Counted from the stretch's first letter, positions 1-10,158 are shown. The stretch: DNA of 32,000 nt from Paramicrosporidium saccamoebae KSL3 (GCA_002794465.1 MTSL01000101.1:78792-110791), one strand, 5' to 3'. Notes: generated by a model from the letters alone, not told the origin. Made by a program: numbers and translations.

Positions 1-2343
1 AGCTTGAAGCAACGAGATCGGTGGTGGGCAGCTGATAAACGTCTGCAACAACGGGCGCATCAAATAAGGTCGCATCTTCCCAAACACGCACGTGATAATT
101 GTCTTTCAGCTGTTCAATCAACTTGGGTTGAGTGATCAGCTTGGTGGCAAGAAAGGCATTTCCCTTGTCATTTGAAAGTTTCTCAAACCCGAATCGAACA
201 TCAAACTTTGAGACAAGCAAGTAATCACGGTAGATGGATGCAATGGGAGCTGAAATGGTCTCATCTTGGGAAAACGAGTTGCGTTTGACCATTCTACCCA
301 GATCGGCAACAAAGGTTTGGGTCATCACCCGAACATTCAAAGGCGCTTCGCTCATTAGAGTTTCGCGAGGAGTAGCGCCTGTATGGATGCGAAGCTCCAC
401 ACTGTCGATATGAATACGCTTGCTTCTCAGCACTCCACTCAACAAATCGACACGGGGACTATCAGTTCGAATACCTGCCAGTCTCCTCAGCGGTGTGTTG
501 CTAAACATGGCCTCTGCCTCATCGTCAGGAACAGGGCGAAGGAAGTGGACAAAGCTTTCTGGGGGATATTCATTCAAATTTGGCGCACAATAGGGATCAT
601 CACTCGGTTCTTCCAAAAATGGCAGCGCCTGGGTGAAATCCTCGGTAGTAGGGGTGGATTCAGAGCTTTTCAGGTTGGACTCTGAGATGGATACGGAACT
701 GGCGGGGGGCAGGTCCTTTGAGTAAGTATAGGTTGTCTTTGTCTTGGCTAAACGGACTCGACGAGATTTCTTGGATGGCTCGTTACTGCAGATCACTTCA
801 CTTTCCAGGCGTGCAATTCTTCCAGCCAATTTTATCAGGTAGGCACGTCTAGCTTCGAGGGATCCGGTTTGGAATGGATTTTTTCCTTTTGCGATAGCGT
901 CATGAGCTTCTTTCAACTTTTGGTACTTTTTAGATAACTTTTCCAAGGAGGCATCCTCATCGCTCTCGTTCGAATCGCTATCACTGTCCTCTGGATCTTC
1001 ACTGCTGTTCTCGGAATCTTCATTACTGTTCTCTGAACCTTCATTACTGTTTTGTGAATCTTCATTACTGTTTCGTGAATCTTCATTACTGTTTCGTGAA
1101 TCTTCATTACTGTTTTCTGAATCTTCACCGCTGTTATCGGAATGTTTGTCATTACTGTCCAACTCTTCACCATTGTCGCTCGAACCTTCCTTATCCTTAT
1201 CTGAGTCTTCGTCACCCTTGTTCAAATCTTCATAAATCTCGGTTATTTCTTCGTCAATATCGTTCAACTCTTTATCAACCTCGTTCAGTTCTTCAACAAC
1301 TTCGTTCAATTCTTCATCGATCCCGTTCAATTCTTTGTTATTATTGCCCAAATCTTTACCACTCTCGCCTGAACCTTCCTCAGTCTTGTTTGAACTTTTA
1401 TCGTCATTGTCCAAAGCTTCATCAATTTTGTTTAAACTTTCATCGTTATTGTCTAAAGCTTCATCGATCTTGTTTAAATCTTTGTTAGTCTCGTCCAGAC
1501 CTTCGGCAGTAATTTCTGAACCTCCATTAGCCTCGTTCAAAGCTTCATCAGCCTTGTGCAACTCTTCGGCATTACTGTTCAAAGCTTCACCAATCTTGTT
1601 TAACTCTTCATCAGTTTTGTTTAAATCTTTGTCATTATCATCCAAAACCACGCCAGTCTTATTCAATTCTTCGTCATGTTTGTGCAATTCCTCACCACTC
1701 CTACCCGAGCCTTCATCAGATGCAGCATAAGCGACCAAATCGGAACTAACTTCTGAATCCTCGTCTAGCAGTCTAGGCTCCACTTGAGAGTCAGCAGGCT
1801 GCAGCTGAGCAACTTGAACAATCGAAACTATTGATACCACTTCCAGTACGGGTTCAGTAGACAAGTCAACATTCTCACTGGTAGGCTCTGCGATCGGACC
1901 ATTTGCATGACTGATAACATCATTCACTATGCACCAATTAACCACATATAATACTCCAACTTACAAGCAGCAAAGAGGTGTGCTTTGGTCCCCTCATCGC
2001 GGGGTTTGAAATAGATAACCTCTCCCGATTCACCCGCAGCTAGTACCAACTCTACTCAAGTCATAATGACAATAGATAAGTGATACGGCCTATGTGGTCG
2101 GCATCTTCAGAGAGTTTTGCGTTATGAAGAGGAATACTTCTTCCCTCTGCTCCAAAAAGTTTTTCATGAGACTATACCATGACAAAAGCTGACAAAGAGT
2201 ACCAAAACGATATTGGTATCATGGAAGCTCACACTCACGTCCTCAGCCACCTGCTTGAGCTCAATTGCAGTGGATATGGCCGTGTCCGTCTTGGACGCCT
2301 CTGCAGTTGCAAATGCAACAGCCGCGAGTAGGAACAGCCGCAT
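1..2343 (-). CDS. Secreted protein with acidic heptad-repeat insert; paralogue 1 of a local three-gene family; 3' end runs off the window
   Basis: ATG 2343 gives signal-peptide-like MRLFLLAAVAFATAEA. Predicted introns: one ending at 2172 (donor uncertain), 2040-2086 and 1927-1964. The frame is then open from 1926 to base 1 with no stop, so it is absent from the ORF track. C-terminal part (ISAPIASIYRDYLLVSK...NAFLAT) aligns by eye with the genes at 4607-6178 and 6592-7997. Confidence 0.8.
980..1700 (-). repeat. Coding 21-nt (heptad) tandem repeat, ~35 degenerate units
   Basis: Units LNKTDEE/LNKIGEA/LNKIDEA grade into DSRNSNE/DSENSNE. Near-perfect tcttcattactgtttcgtgaa copies at ~1017-1125. 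Confidence 0.9.
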
Positions 2344-2423
2344 TGGTCTTCTCAATGGCCTAGACTACAGCCTCAGCCACATCAACTTTTAATTTAATCG
2401 ATCGCCTTCCTATTATGGTATAA

Positions 2424-3502
2424 TTACAAATCTCCAATCGCCTCCAGGACCTGGCAAACCGCCTGACAGGTTACATTTACATTATGGGATAATTGTTCTG
2501 GCTTTCCCGGATGACTGTCGCCATTTAGGAGATAGAGCAGCGAAAGCCAGCTATTCACCTGGAAGTATCCAACAACAACCCCATTCGAGAGCCGCAGCTC
2601 ACCGGATGACTTTTGTGGCTCAAGGGACTCGCTAGTCTTCCGACGGTGTGGATGGTGATAGATGCTGCCGAGATCACAAATCATGTCGAGCGTCTCACTG
2701 GCAAGCTCGAAACTGCGCAATCCCAGGGGCGAAGAGTCGGCAGCGACAAACACTTTCCGGGTCGTGTCAAATAGAAAGGCCTTTTCAATCTTTGAATTCT
2801 ACAAACTTAATAACCACGACAGGGCTACATTGCAGAGCATGTCTAGTAGCGTCTCTAAGGCTGGTGTTTCGGGGAGGTGGGCTTGTATGATCCTGCTGAG
2901 GGAAATGTACAAAGTGTGATCAAAGATGCTTGTCAAATGGAAATTAATCACCGGAGGATCGGGACAGATTTCCATTGCTTCCTCTCTCACCTTTTGCGTG
3001 ATATCCTTGAGCACATCTATTGATTACTGTTCACTCGGTGTTGCCAACCTTGTCGTTCTTGCTCGTCCAGGGAATCGGCCTTGTGAAGGAGCACTTCGAT
3101 TGGAATGTTGAGATTTGCCAGCCGAGAACGCAGGGCCAACGCACACAATTTGGTGAGGGCATTCACATAGTCATCCGTAATGTCAACCACAAAGAGGGCC
3201 GCACAGCAGCCCGCAAATAAGCTCTCGTCAAAAGGCGCCGGCGAGTGTGGTTCCAAGATGACATTGGTATCGGGCAGGTCAACCACCTTTGTTGTAAGAC
3301 TCCTCTCTTCTCTACCCCCATGAGACGGCGGACTATATTACGTCATAAAAGGCAGGCACGTTTGCTCGCCACGCGCATTTTCCTGGAACACAACCCGGTC
3401 GATTGTCGTCTTTCCGCTCCTAAAATCAATTCCGCATCGACGATACTTTGCCAGTCCGGTGAGGAGGAAGCACAGCTTTCCCCTGTCCACCTGTCCCGTC
3501 AT
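2424..3502 (-). CDS. GTR2: Rag GTPase, RagC/D (Gtr2) type
   Basis: Spliced N-terminus MTGQVDRGKLCFLLTGLAK|SGKTTIDRVVF (27-nt intron). Motifs IEVLLHKAD, LTSIFDH and KAFLFDTTRKVFVAADSSP match Gtr2/RagC. Confidence 0.88.
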
Positions 3503-3851
3503 ACAACAAACTCAAAATACACTTTTTATTCATTCGGCCATCTTTTCCTCCTTAATCAACAAAGGCGCTCCCTCGGTCCCGCAGATTCTCGTTGAATAGG
3601 TCGCTACTGAGCATCTTTCCGCATTCCCGCCACGCTTGTGAGCAGAATAAAATCTAGGCCTTAATTAGCAAATGACTTTTACGGGGATGGATATGACCAT
3701 AGTGCCAGTAAATGTCGTGATTGCCCTCACCAGTTCTCTGCTTAGACTCATGAAATTTTGACTTGCATCCAACTTTATTTACATCCACTCATGGCTAGCC
3801 ACGACCACTCACCATAATCACCCAAGACCATTTAACATCCCTCACAATTAA

Positions 3852-4493
3852 TCACTTGTGTTTCTTTGCAAATTGATCAGCCAGCGGATGTGCAGGCGGT
3901 ATCTCGATCCCGACTCTCTCACTCCTAATCTTTAACGAATCGACACCCAATTTTGCATCTCTTTTGGCCAATAACGTTCCATCGACCATCTGGTCATTGA
4001 TAAGCGAGCACATTAATTTTGGCTCTCCGTATGGCAGCTTGTCTCCTCTGTCCACCTGCCAGAAATGCCACGTCTTTCCATATGTATCTGCGAGTTTTCG
4101 CATCTCAGCCTTTTCCATAATGTTAGGTACGCGAGGCATGATGAGTAGTCCTGAGGAGACTTCGTGGGCGTGGGAATGCCAGTACTTTTTCTCCTCATCC
4201 GGCATCGCTTCGAACATGGGACGGGAGATGATGTATTCGACTCCAATGAGACGCGCAGTCTTCTCGTCGGCCGTGTCGTAGATTAGACACTGTCGCAGAT
4301 CCTCGGTCAGATGGGAACAGAAATGATCGGCTATGACTTGCCGATACGGCTGCTCTGCATACCCGTGAATGCCATTGAAATGTGTCATAATGTTGTTGAT
4401 AGGCTTGAATTGTTGAACAATGGAGGATGCCATTCCACTAACATCGGTTGCCAGTGTGGTTTTCGTTGTCGGATATTCTCTATCGACTGTCAT
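3852..4493 (-). CDS. DUF1264 / oil-body-associated protein (OBAP)-like
   Basis: HFCSHL...RQCLIYD, ARLIGVEYII, EEKKYWHSH.HEV.SG.L, YGKTWHFWQVDRGDKLPYGEPKLM. Intronless. Confidence 0.88.
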   Translation of the reverse strand: MTVDREYPTTKTTLATDVSGMASSIVQQFKPINNIMTHFNGIHGYAEQPYRQVIADHFCSHLTEDLRQCLIYDTADEKTARLIGVEYIISRPMFEAMPDEEKKYWHSHAHEVSSGLLIMPRVPNIMEKAEMRKLADTYGKTWHFWQVDRGDKLPYGEPKLMCSLINDQMVDGTLLAKRDAKLGVDSLKIRSERVGIEIPPAHPLADQFAKKHK

Positions 4494-4606
4494 TTTGGTT
4501 GCCGTACTGGAGAGCTAGGGGCTTATAAGCTACTCATTTAGGTTGAAGGTTAACTTTACTAAAATGCAGTTACTTTGTAGATGGATAGATGGATATTGGC
4601 GCTACC

Positions 4607-6178
4607 TTACTTGCCTGGTTCTTGGGTTTCACTGTCGCAGACTATGCTGAGGCTTTGGAATGTTCCCTTTGATTTCACAAGCTGTTTCTGGATTTTAAGC
4701 GTCTCTGCAATGGCTCCAAAGGCGTCATTCCATGCACGACTATTCGGCAATTTAGACACATGATATCCATTATGGAAGTAGATGGTTAATGACGGCTTGT
4801 GCGCTGTAGTCGCAGCAATTGCAGCCGAGAGGGCCTTTAAGTTGATGGCAGCTAGACGAGCAGTGCGCATGTCCAGGAGCGGATAGAGATGTACAGACTC
4901 TATCGAGTTCTTGCCGCAGGCGTGTAAAAGAACGGCTTCGTATTGCAGCTGTACGAGACGACCAATCTTTTCACTATATTGTTGGTAGATATCTTGACAT
5001 TCCTTTGGAATTTCTACACATTAGCACCACTAATAGGAGCTACTAATTCGCATAGAAAATGCTAGATCCATGGTGCTGGTGTTAGTTGCATCCGCCTCTG
5101 TCAGGTATCGTGCATCCGCTGAATCAACCTTGTGCGATTTCCGGACCTTTTCCCATATGACAATGCCGCCACTCGTCTCCAAGTCGGCGATAATCGCATC
5201 CAGCTCATTCTGCTCCAAATGTTCGCGTGTCAATGTAAGCGCATTATCGGGATGGTCTGGCAAGTGCTTGTAGGACCACTGATACGCCAAAGCAGAGTCG
5301 AAGTGGCTTCGGTCATACGCACTCAAAGTATGCCGCGAATTGAACACTCTCAGCGCCATTCCTGCCGCTGGTATGAAAGCACTTGCCGTCAGATGTCGAA
5401 GATTGATTCGGGAATAGTCCGTCGGGGTAAAGGATGGCTGTTCGAGCACCTGGAAAAGCACCCGTTTGCTGGGATCGATTTTAGCCAGCAGTTCGGGGGA
5501 GGAGAGCTGCTCCGAAACGGCATCGGTGGGGAAACGGGCAATAAATTCGCCCCGACGGGTCGACTGTGATTTAGCATGTGAGATACGAGCTTGCTCATGC
5601 CGAGTGCGTAGCTTTTTAAGAGAATAATACGACTCGATACCAGCAGTTGAGAGGGGCGAGGCAACAATCTTGTCAGGGTCCACAATATGGCCGTAGAAAT
5701 CGGCTTGTGAGGCGTGGCATTTAATAACCGTATCGATCACTAAATAATAGTCAAACTCGCCATTTGGGGTACATTCACGACGAAATCTGCCGAGGTCGTC
5801 AGCCGAAGCGTGCTCTACTACCACCAACTCGTGTCCGTCCTCCGGTGGCTTGGAAAATGAAAAGACTACAGTAAGCATTAATTGTAGTGCTTACAAAAAT
5901 CCCCGTCCTCGTCCTCACTGATCGGGCCAATATTGCCACTACAGTTTCAATAAAAGCCACCCCTTACAAGTTATGCTTGACCTTTGGCTAAAATGTTACA
6001 ACAACCAACTTTTAGGTACCAATGCCAACTTGTCCTTTATAATGGTGGGACGGCCGGTGGTCCTCGAGCTCAAATGGAAGGTGAATTCCGGGTACTGGTC
6101 GATCATTTCGGAGACCGAGGAAGACGACACCGTGCCATAGAGGATTGCCACCGTCACAGTTGCAAGGGGAATGTGCAT
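4607..6178 (-). CDS. Secreted protein, paralogue 2 (~483 aa, 5 exons)
   Basis: Hydrophobic N-terminus MHIPLATVTVAILYGTVSS. GT-AG introns 5988-6019, 5939-5967, 5866-5894 and 5014-5043 give an in-frame 1452-nt CDS. Shares FQVL and QY..L..A...L.D...AL..AI...IY motifs with paralogue 3. Confidence 0.82.
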
Positions 6179-6280
6179 TGTGGCGCAACAGCATCGATCG
6201 GCCGTTTAAATAGTCAAATCATACCATTGGTCCAATTGATCAATTAAACAATTTGGAATGTGCTTGGTCAAAATGTACTA

Positions 6281-6380
6281 ATTGTGAGATAATATGCTAT
6301 ATTGTGAGAGAGTACGCTATATTGTGAAAGAGTACGCTATATTGTGAAAGAGTACGATACATTATGTGATAGTATATCCA
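6281..6380. repeat. 20-bp intergenic tandem repeat, ~5 copies
   Basis: attgtgagataatatgctat / attgtgagagagtacgctat / attgtgaaagagtacgctat / attgtgaaagagtacgatac / attatgtgatagtatatcc. Confidence 0.9.
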
Positions 6381-6591
6381 GAGACCAGGTGTTAAAGCCA
6401 ATGTATAAAACGGGTTAAAAGTAGTGACGGGCCTTGTGCTACAAACTTCATATACAGTGAACTGGACTCTAGTCTTTATTGCCAGTACAAGCCTCGTGCA
6501 TAATGGATTGAATTCTAATAGCCTTTACCACCCCCAATACAAGCTTCACTATGACTCTCAGTTCATAACATCTTTTATTAAGGCCTTCGGT

Positions 6592-7997
6592 CTAGAGACT
6601 CTCAAGAGCCGTATTAGCTGTAACCATATGCAACTGGACTCGAGTGTGCTCGTTGCGTTTTTCTGCAAAGTTTTGAAACGCATTTTCCACATAGTATGTC
6701 TCGGTATTCTCGTTGTACGGTAACACAACGTAAATATGGGGCAAACGGTGCATCTTGGAGACATTGTAAATTGCCTTTTGCAGAGCATTCATGCAAATGG
6801 AAAAGGTGGCCTCGCCTGGATCCGAAAGGGTGCGAAGATACAGATTGCCTTGTAATTTCACGTGGACGGCCGCAAAAAGAGCCTTAACGTATTGACCGTA
6901 GAAAAATTCGTCAATTTCGTTTTCAATACTCGCTATCGATTCAGCGTCCACTTTATGCGTATATAGACCCATACCAAAAACCACGGCGACGGAAACCGGA
7001 TTGCCTGTTTGATGCACATATTTCTTCTCCTTTGTAAAGACAGTCTGTGCTCCACTGATTATCGGTGTCGGCTGCATATTAATGTTATTCATTGCACGAC
7101 GTAGCTCCAACGACGAAATGTCTTCTTGTGTCGCATACAGGGCCGAATGGTCTCCCAGCCAAGGGAGTTCATGATTGATGCAACTTGGGACAGCCTTCTC
7201 CTCGATGAGGAGTTGTTGGTAGACGTGCGCAAGGGAAGCAAAGATTTTCATGGAAGGATGTCCATTGGAGACGGTGAGGTACAACGACCTCTGGAACAGG
7301 CCGGGATGCAGTACCTGGAACATGCACTGCGTCGTGGCTACCTTTATAAAGTTGTCTGGCAGGAGCAGTCTATCTGCATCCTAAAATAAGTAATAGCAGA
7401 TGTAGTCATACTTTATCCATGGCCCAGAGTAGAGAGACGCTCGTCTCAAACGTATTCTCACCACCAACCGAGTACGCTTGGATCAGGTCATTTTTCGCCA
7501 CATATTCAAACTGACCAAGCCGATTCGAAAACTGAGAATTTAGAAACGTCATTGTTGATATTTGGCTCAATGAATATTCTCTGCCTCGATCTACTGCTGC
7601 ACAAGAGTCGGTTGCTTTCAGCGCCATAGAGGGAGGTGGGTCGTCTTTGTGGAGACGAACTACAGCTTAGGGATAACACTAAGAATCATACGGTAATCCT
7701 GATATGCCTTCAAATCAGTCTCGTCGGCTGATTCAACCATCACACACGTCGTTGAAAGCTCTGCCATGAATTCTACACGAGTTGACTACCCGTGTAAACA
7801 CCAAAATTACCAAATCTGTCACTCTTATTCTCAACAATTTCTGACATTCCCAAAACATCACGAGGTTGTATATCTAGCTCCCATTGAGCCGTCCCTGGGA
7901 CCAAGGGCACAGTAGTACGATTTTCATTCGTGAGCAGCGTGACTCGGAGGACTCCTGATGCTGCTACCAACCCCACTAACCCAAAAATGAGCATCAT
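6592..7997 (-). CDS. Secreted protein, paralogue 3 (~434 aa, 4 exons)
   Basis: Signal-peptide-like MMLIFGLVGLVAASG. Introns 7773-7810, 7660-7691 and 7381-7411 give an in-frame 1305-nt CDS. AATAAA lies shortly after the stop on the minus strand. Confidence 0.82.
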
Positions 7998-8013
7998 TTC
8001 GACTCGCCGGGGT

Positions 8014-8658
8014 ATGGCTGAACAGTTGGAGCGCCAGCACGTCCGTAACGTTTATGACGACATTGCGGGACACTTTAGTGCAACGCGCTACAAAGCGTGG
8101 CCGGTTGTGGACAGGTTTGTCCGAGACCGAGAAAGGGGTTCGGTGGGAGTGGATGTTGGCTGTGGGAATGGAAAGAACATGCTGATTCGAGACGACTTGC
8201 ACATTACTGGATTTGACCTGTCCATTGAGCTACTCCGGATTTGTCAAGCGCAGGGCTTTGAGACGGTACAGGGAAACATGCTTTCTCTTCCCTTCCGCAC
8301 TGAATCTCAAGAATTTGTCCTTTGCATTGCAGCACTCCATCATCTTGCGAGTGAGGAACGTCGGAGACAGGCTGTGCAGGAAATGGCCCGTATTTTGACT
8401 TTGGGTGCTGAAGTATTGATATATGTTTGGGCCTTGGAACAGCCGTCCTCCTCCTCCCTGTATCGCCACCAGCTGCAATATCTCTCCGAAGACCAACAGG
8501 ACGTCCTGGTACCCTGGAAGACGGGCGATGAGACGCAATTGCGCTATTATCATCTTTTCCGCCAGGGCGAATTGGAAATGCTACTGACCGAGGCCCATCT
8601 TCATCCCGTCTACAGCGGCTATGACCGTGACAATTGGTACGTTTGTGCACGCAAATAG
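8014..8658 (+). CDS. TRM9: tRNA wobble-uridine carboxymethyl methyltransferase (Trm9 family)
   Basis: LERQHVRNVYDDIAGHFSATRYKAWPVV, DVGCGNGK, IAALHHL, QDVLVPW, RYYHLF, YDRDNW. Confidence 0.9.
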   Translation: MAEQLERQHVRNVYDDIAGHFSATRYKAWPVVDRFVRDRERGSVGVDVGCGNGKNMLIRDDLHITGFDLSIELLRICQAQGFETVQGNMLSLPFRTESQEFVLCIAALHHLASEERRRQAVQEMARILTLGAEVLIYVWALEQPSSSSLYRHQLQYLSEDQQDVLVPWKTGDETQLRYYHLFRQGELEMLLTEAHLHPVYSGYDRDNWYVCARK

Positions 8659-8659
8659 T

Positions 8660-9466
8660 TTATTTTTGCGAATCCACAAATGCAGCCCGCACCTTTCGGA
8701 GGAACGCAAAAAAGTCGCCTCCCGCATTTAGCTCATCCAGCAGCGTTGACAGTTGTGGAATCATGGGCTCACAGGACTGCACCCGGAAACGGTTGGTGGA
8801 AATGTCAATGAGAATGCTGAAACGTCGTTCCCAGTCGGCAGGATCAATGTATTTGAAGGAGAAGCGAGTTAGTCCCTCTACATATTAGTTGATGCGACAG
8901 GTGCACCAGCGACAGTATCGACATAAAGACCCATCTTTTCTTGACTCAGAATAGCAGCGAGTTGTTCCTTTAACAGACTGTTCTGTGCTTCCTGCTCTCT
9001 CTGCTCCAACACTGCGCCATAAGGAAATGTAACTATGTGTACCAGTGACTTCCCGACTAAGCTTCTCCTTCAATAAATTCACCTGGTCACGCGTCTCATT
9101 GAGTTTGCGTGCTAGCAGATTGCGCTGCGAGTCCAAGTCTTGATTGTATTTTACACCCTCCTCAAACTCTTTCTGTTCCGCCTGCAATTCTAGCGAATAA
9201 ACACAATGCGCATGAATTACCCGCCACGACGCTTTGTCGTTTGTGGACCAATCCGGCAAGCTGTTTCTTCATTCCCTCCACCGCATCTACCATCATAGTG
9301 CAACTACATTGTTACCATGTTCCTGCTCCAGCGTCCGGAGATATTCCTCCTTGTCACTGGTTAGTACGGCCCGTCTTCCCGCTAGCCAACTGCCAAACAG
9401 CGCACCAAACTCGCTTAGCTCCGTTTTCATCTCTTCAAAATGCTGCTGCAGGGCGAGAGTGTGCAT
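8660..9466 (-). CDS. SPC25: Kinetochore NDC80-complex subunit Spc25
   Basis: Spliced product (4 introns of 29-31 nt) has an N-terminal coiled coil and C-terminal MGLYVDTVAEGLTRFSFKYIDPADWERRFSILID...CEPMIPQLSTLLDELN.GGDFFAFLRKVRAAF, typical of the Spc25 globular domain. Confidence 0.8.
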
Positions 9467-9557
9467 GGCCGATTCAGACCGCGAGTCGGATGGTCCTGCC
9501 CATTCGGTGGAGTGTGATTTCCGTAGCATTCCCGCCCTGGAGGATCCAATCAGCGCT

Positions 9558-10007
9558 ATGAGAACCGAAGAGTTTGAGGAAGCCGTCATGCAGTTGGTGG
9601 CATGGACCCGCGAATACAATTTGGATGCCAAAAAAACTGTCAGCATTAGTGCTGTAGACATTCACAAGTGCTATGCAACCACCTCATCAGTGTATCTCCA
9701 ATTGGACAATGATGTCCAAGTGTTTTACTCACCCTCCTTCCAAGTTCCAGTCCTTTACTTTCCATATAATACCAAATCAACTGAGTTTGGAGAGGGGAAA
9801 ATCAGCTACACGGAACACCCCATCACAGGACTTCCGTGTCTGTTCCTACATCCCTGCCAAACAGCCGCCGTAATGAAGGAAATGCCATTTGTTGAAAACT
9901 ATCTCTGGGCCTGGCTTGCTGTATATGTCAAAGACGTCCCAGCCCTAACAATTCCAATGGAATTCTTTTCAAAATCGCCCAGGTCCATCAGTGGGGGGAC
10001 GGGTTAA
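9558..10007 (+). CDS. ATG10: Autophagy E2-like enzyme Atg10 (start could be upstream at 9465)
   Basis: YSPSFQVPVLYF, EHPITGLPCLFLHPCQT (HPC catalytic motif), YLWAWL. Confidence 0.85.
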   Translation: MRTEEFEEAVMQLVAWTREYNLDAKKTVSISAVDIHKCYATTSSVYLQLDNDVQVFYSPSFQVPVLYFPYNTKSTEFGEGKISYTEHPITGLPCLFLHPCQTAAVMKEMPFVENYLWAWLAVYVKDVPALTIPMEFFSKSPRSISGGTG

Positions 10008-10158
10008 CTGTTCTTAACCAAGAATCAAAAGAATTCCATTGGAAGAAAGCTCTTACTCAATCTTGGTCTCTCTGGCAAGTCTGATGGAAGAAGTACGTGA
10101 CTCGATCCTAGTCCACAGTCTAAAGGGTACTAACTGTTATGAAACATTCGCTTATGAT

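Noticed and set aside
913-1730. ORFs 1054-1488 (+, Cys/His-rich), 1335-1730 (+) and 913-1215 (-, IHETVMK repeats)
   Set aside because: Shadow frames of the 21-nt repeat; the real frame is the long minus-strand acidic ORF.
3640-3850. Further copy of the dispersed repeat (tctaggcc, tgaaattttga, ttctctgctt)
   Set aside because: Only 8-11-bp matches in non-colinear order.
6281-6380. Short direct repeats (also at 13183 and 24001) as CRISPR arrays
   Set aside because: Units are contiguous with no unique spacers; eukaryotic context; no cas genes.
9234-9557. Long 5' extension of the ATG10 ORF
   Set aside because: Most of it (9234-9466) is antisense to SPC25 exons; MRTEEF at 9558 resembles typical Atg10 starts.
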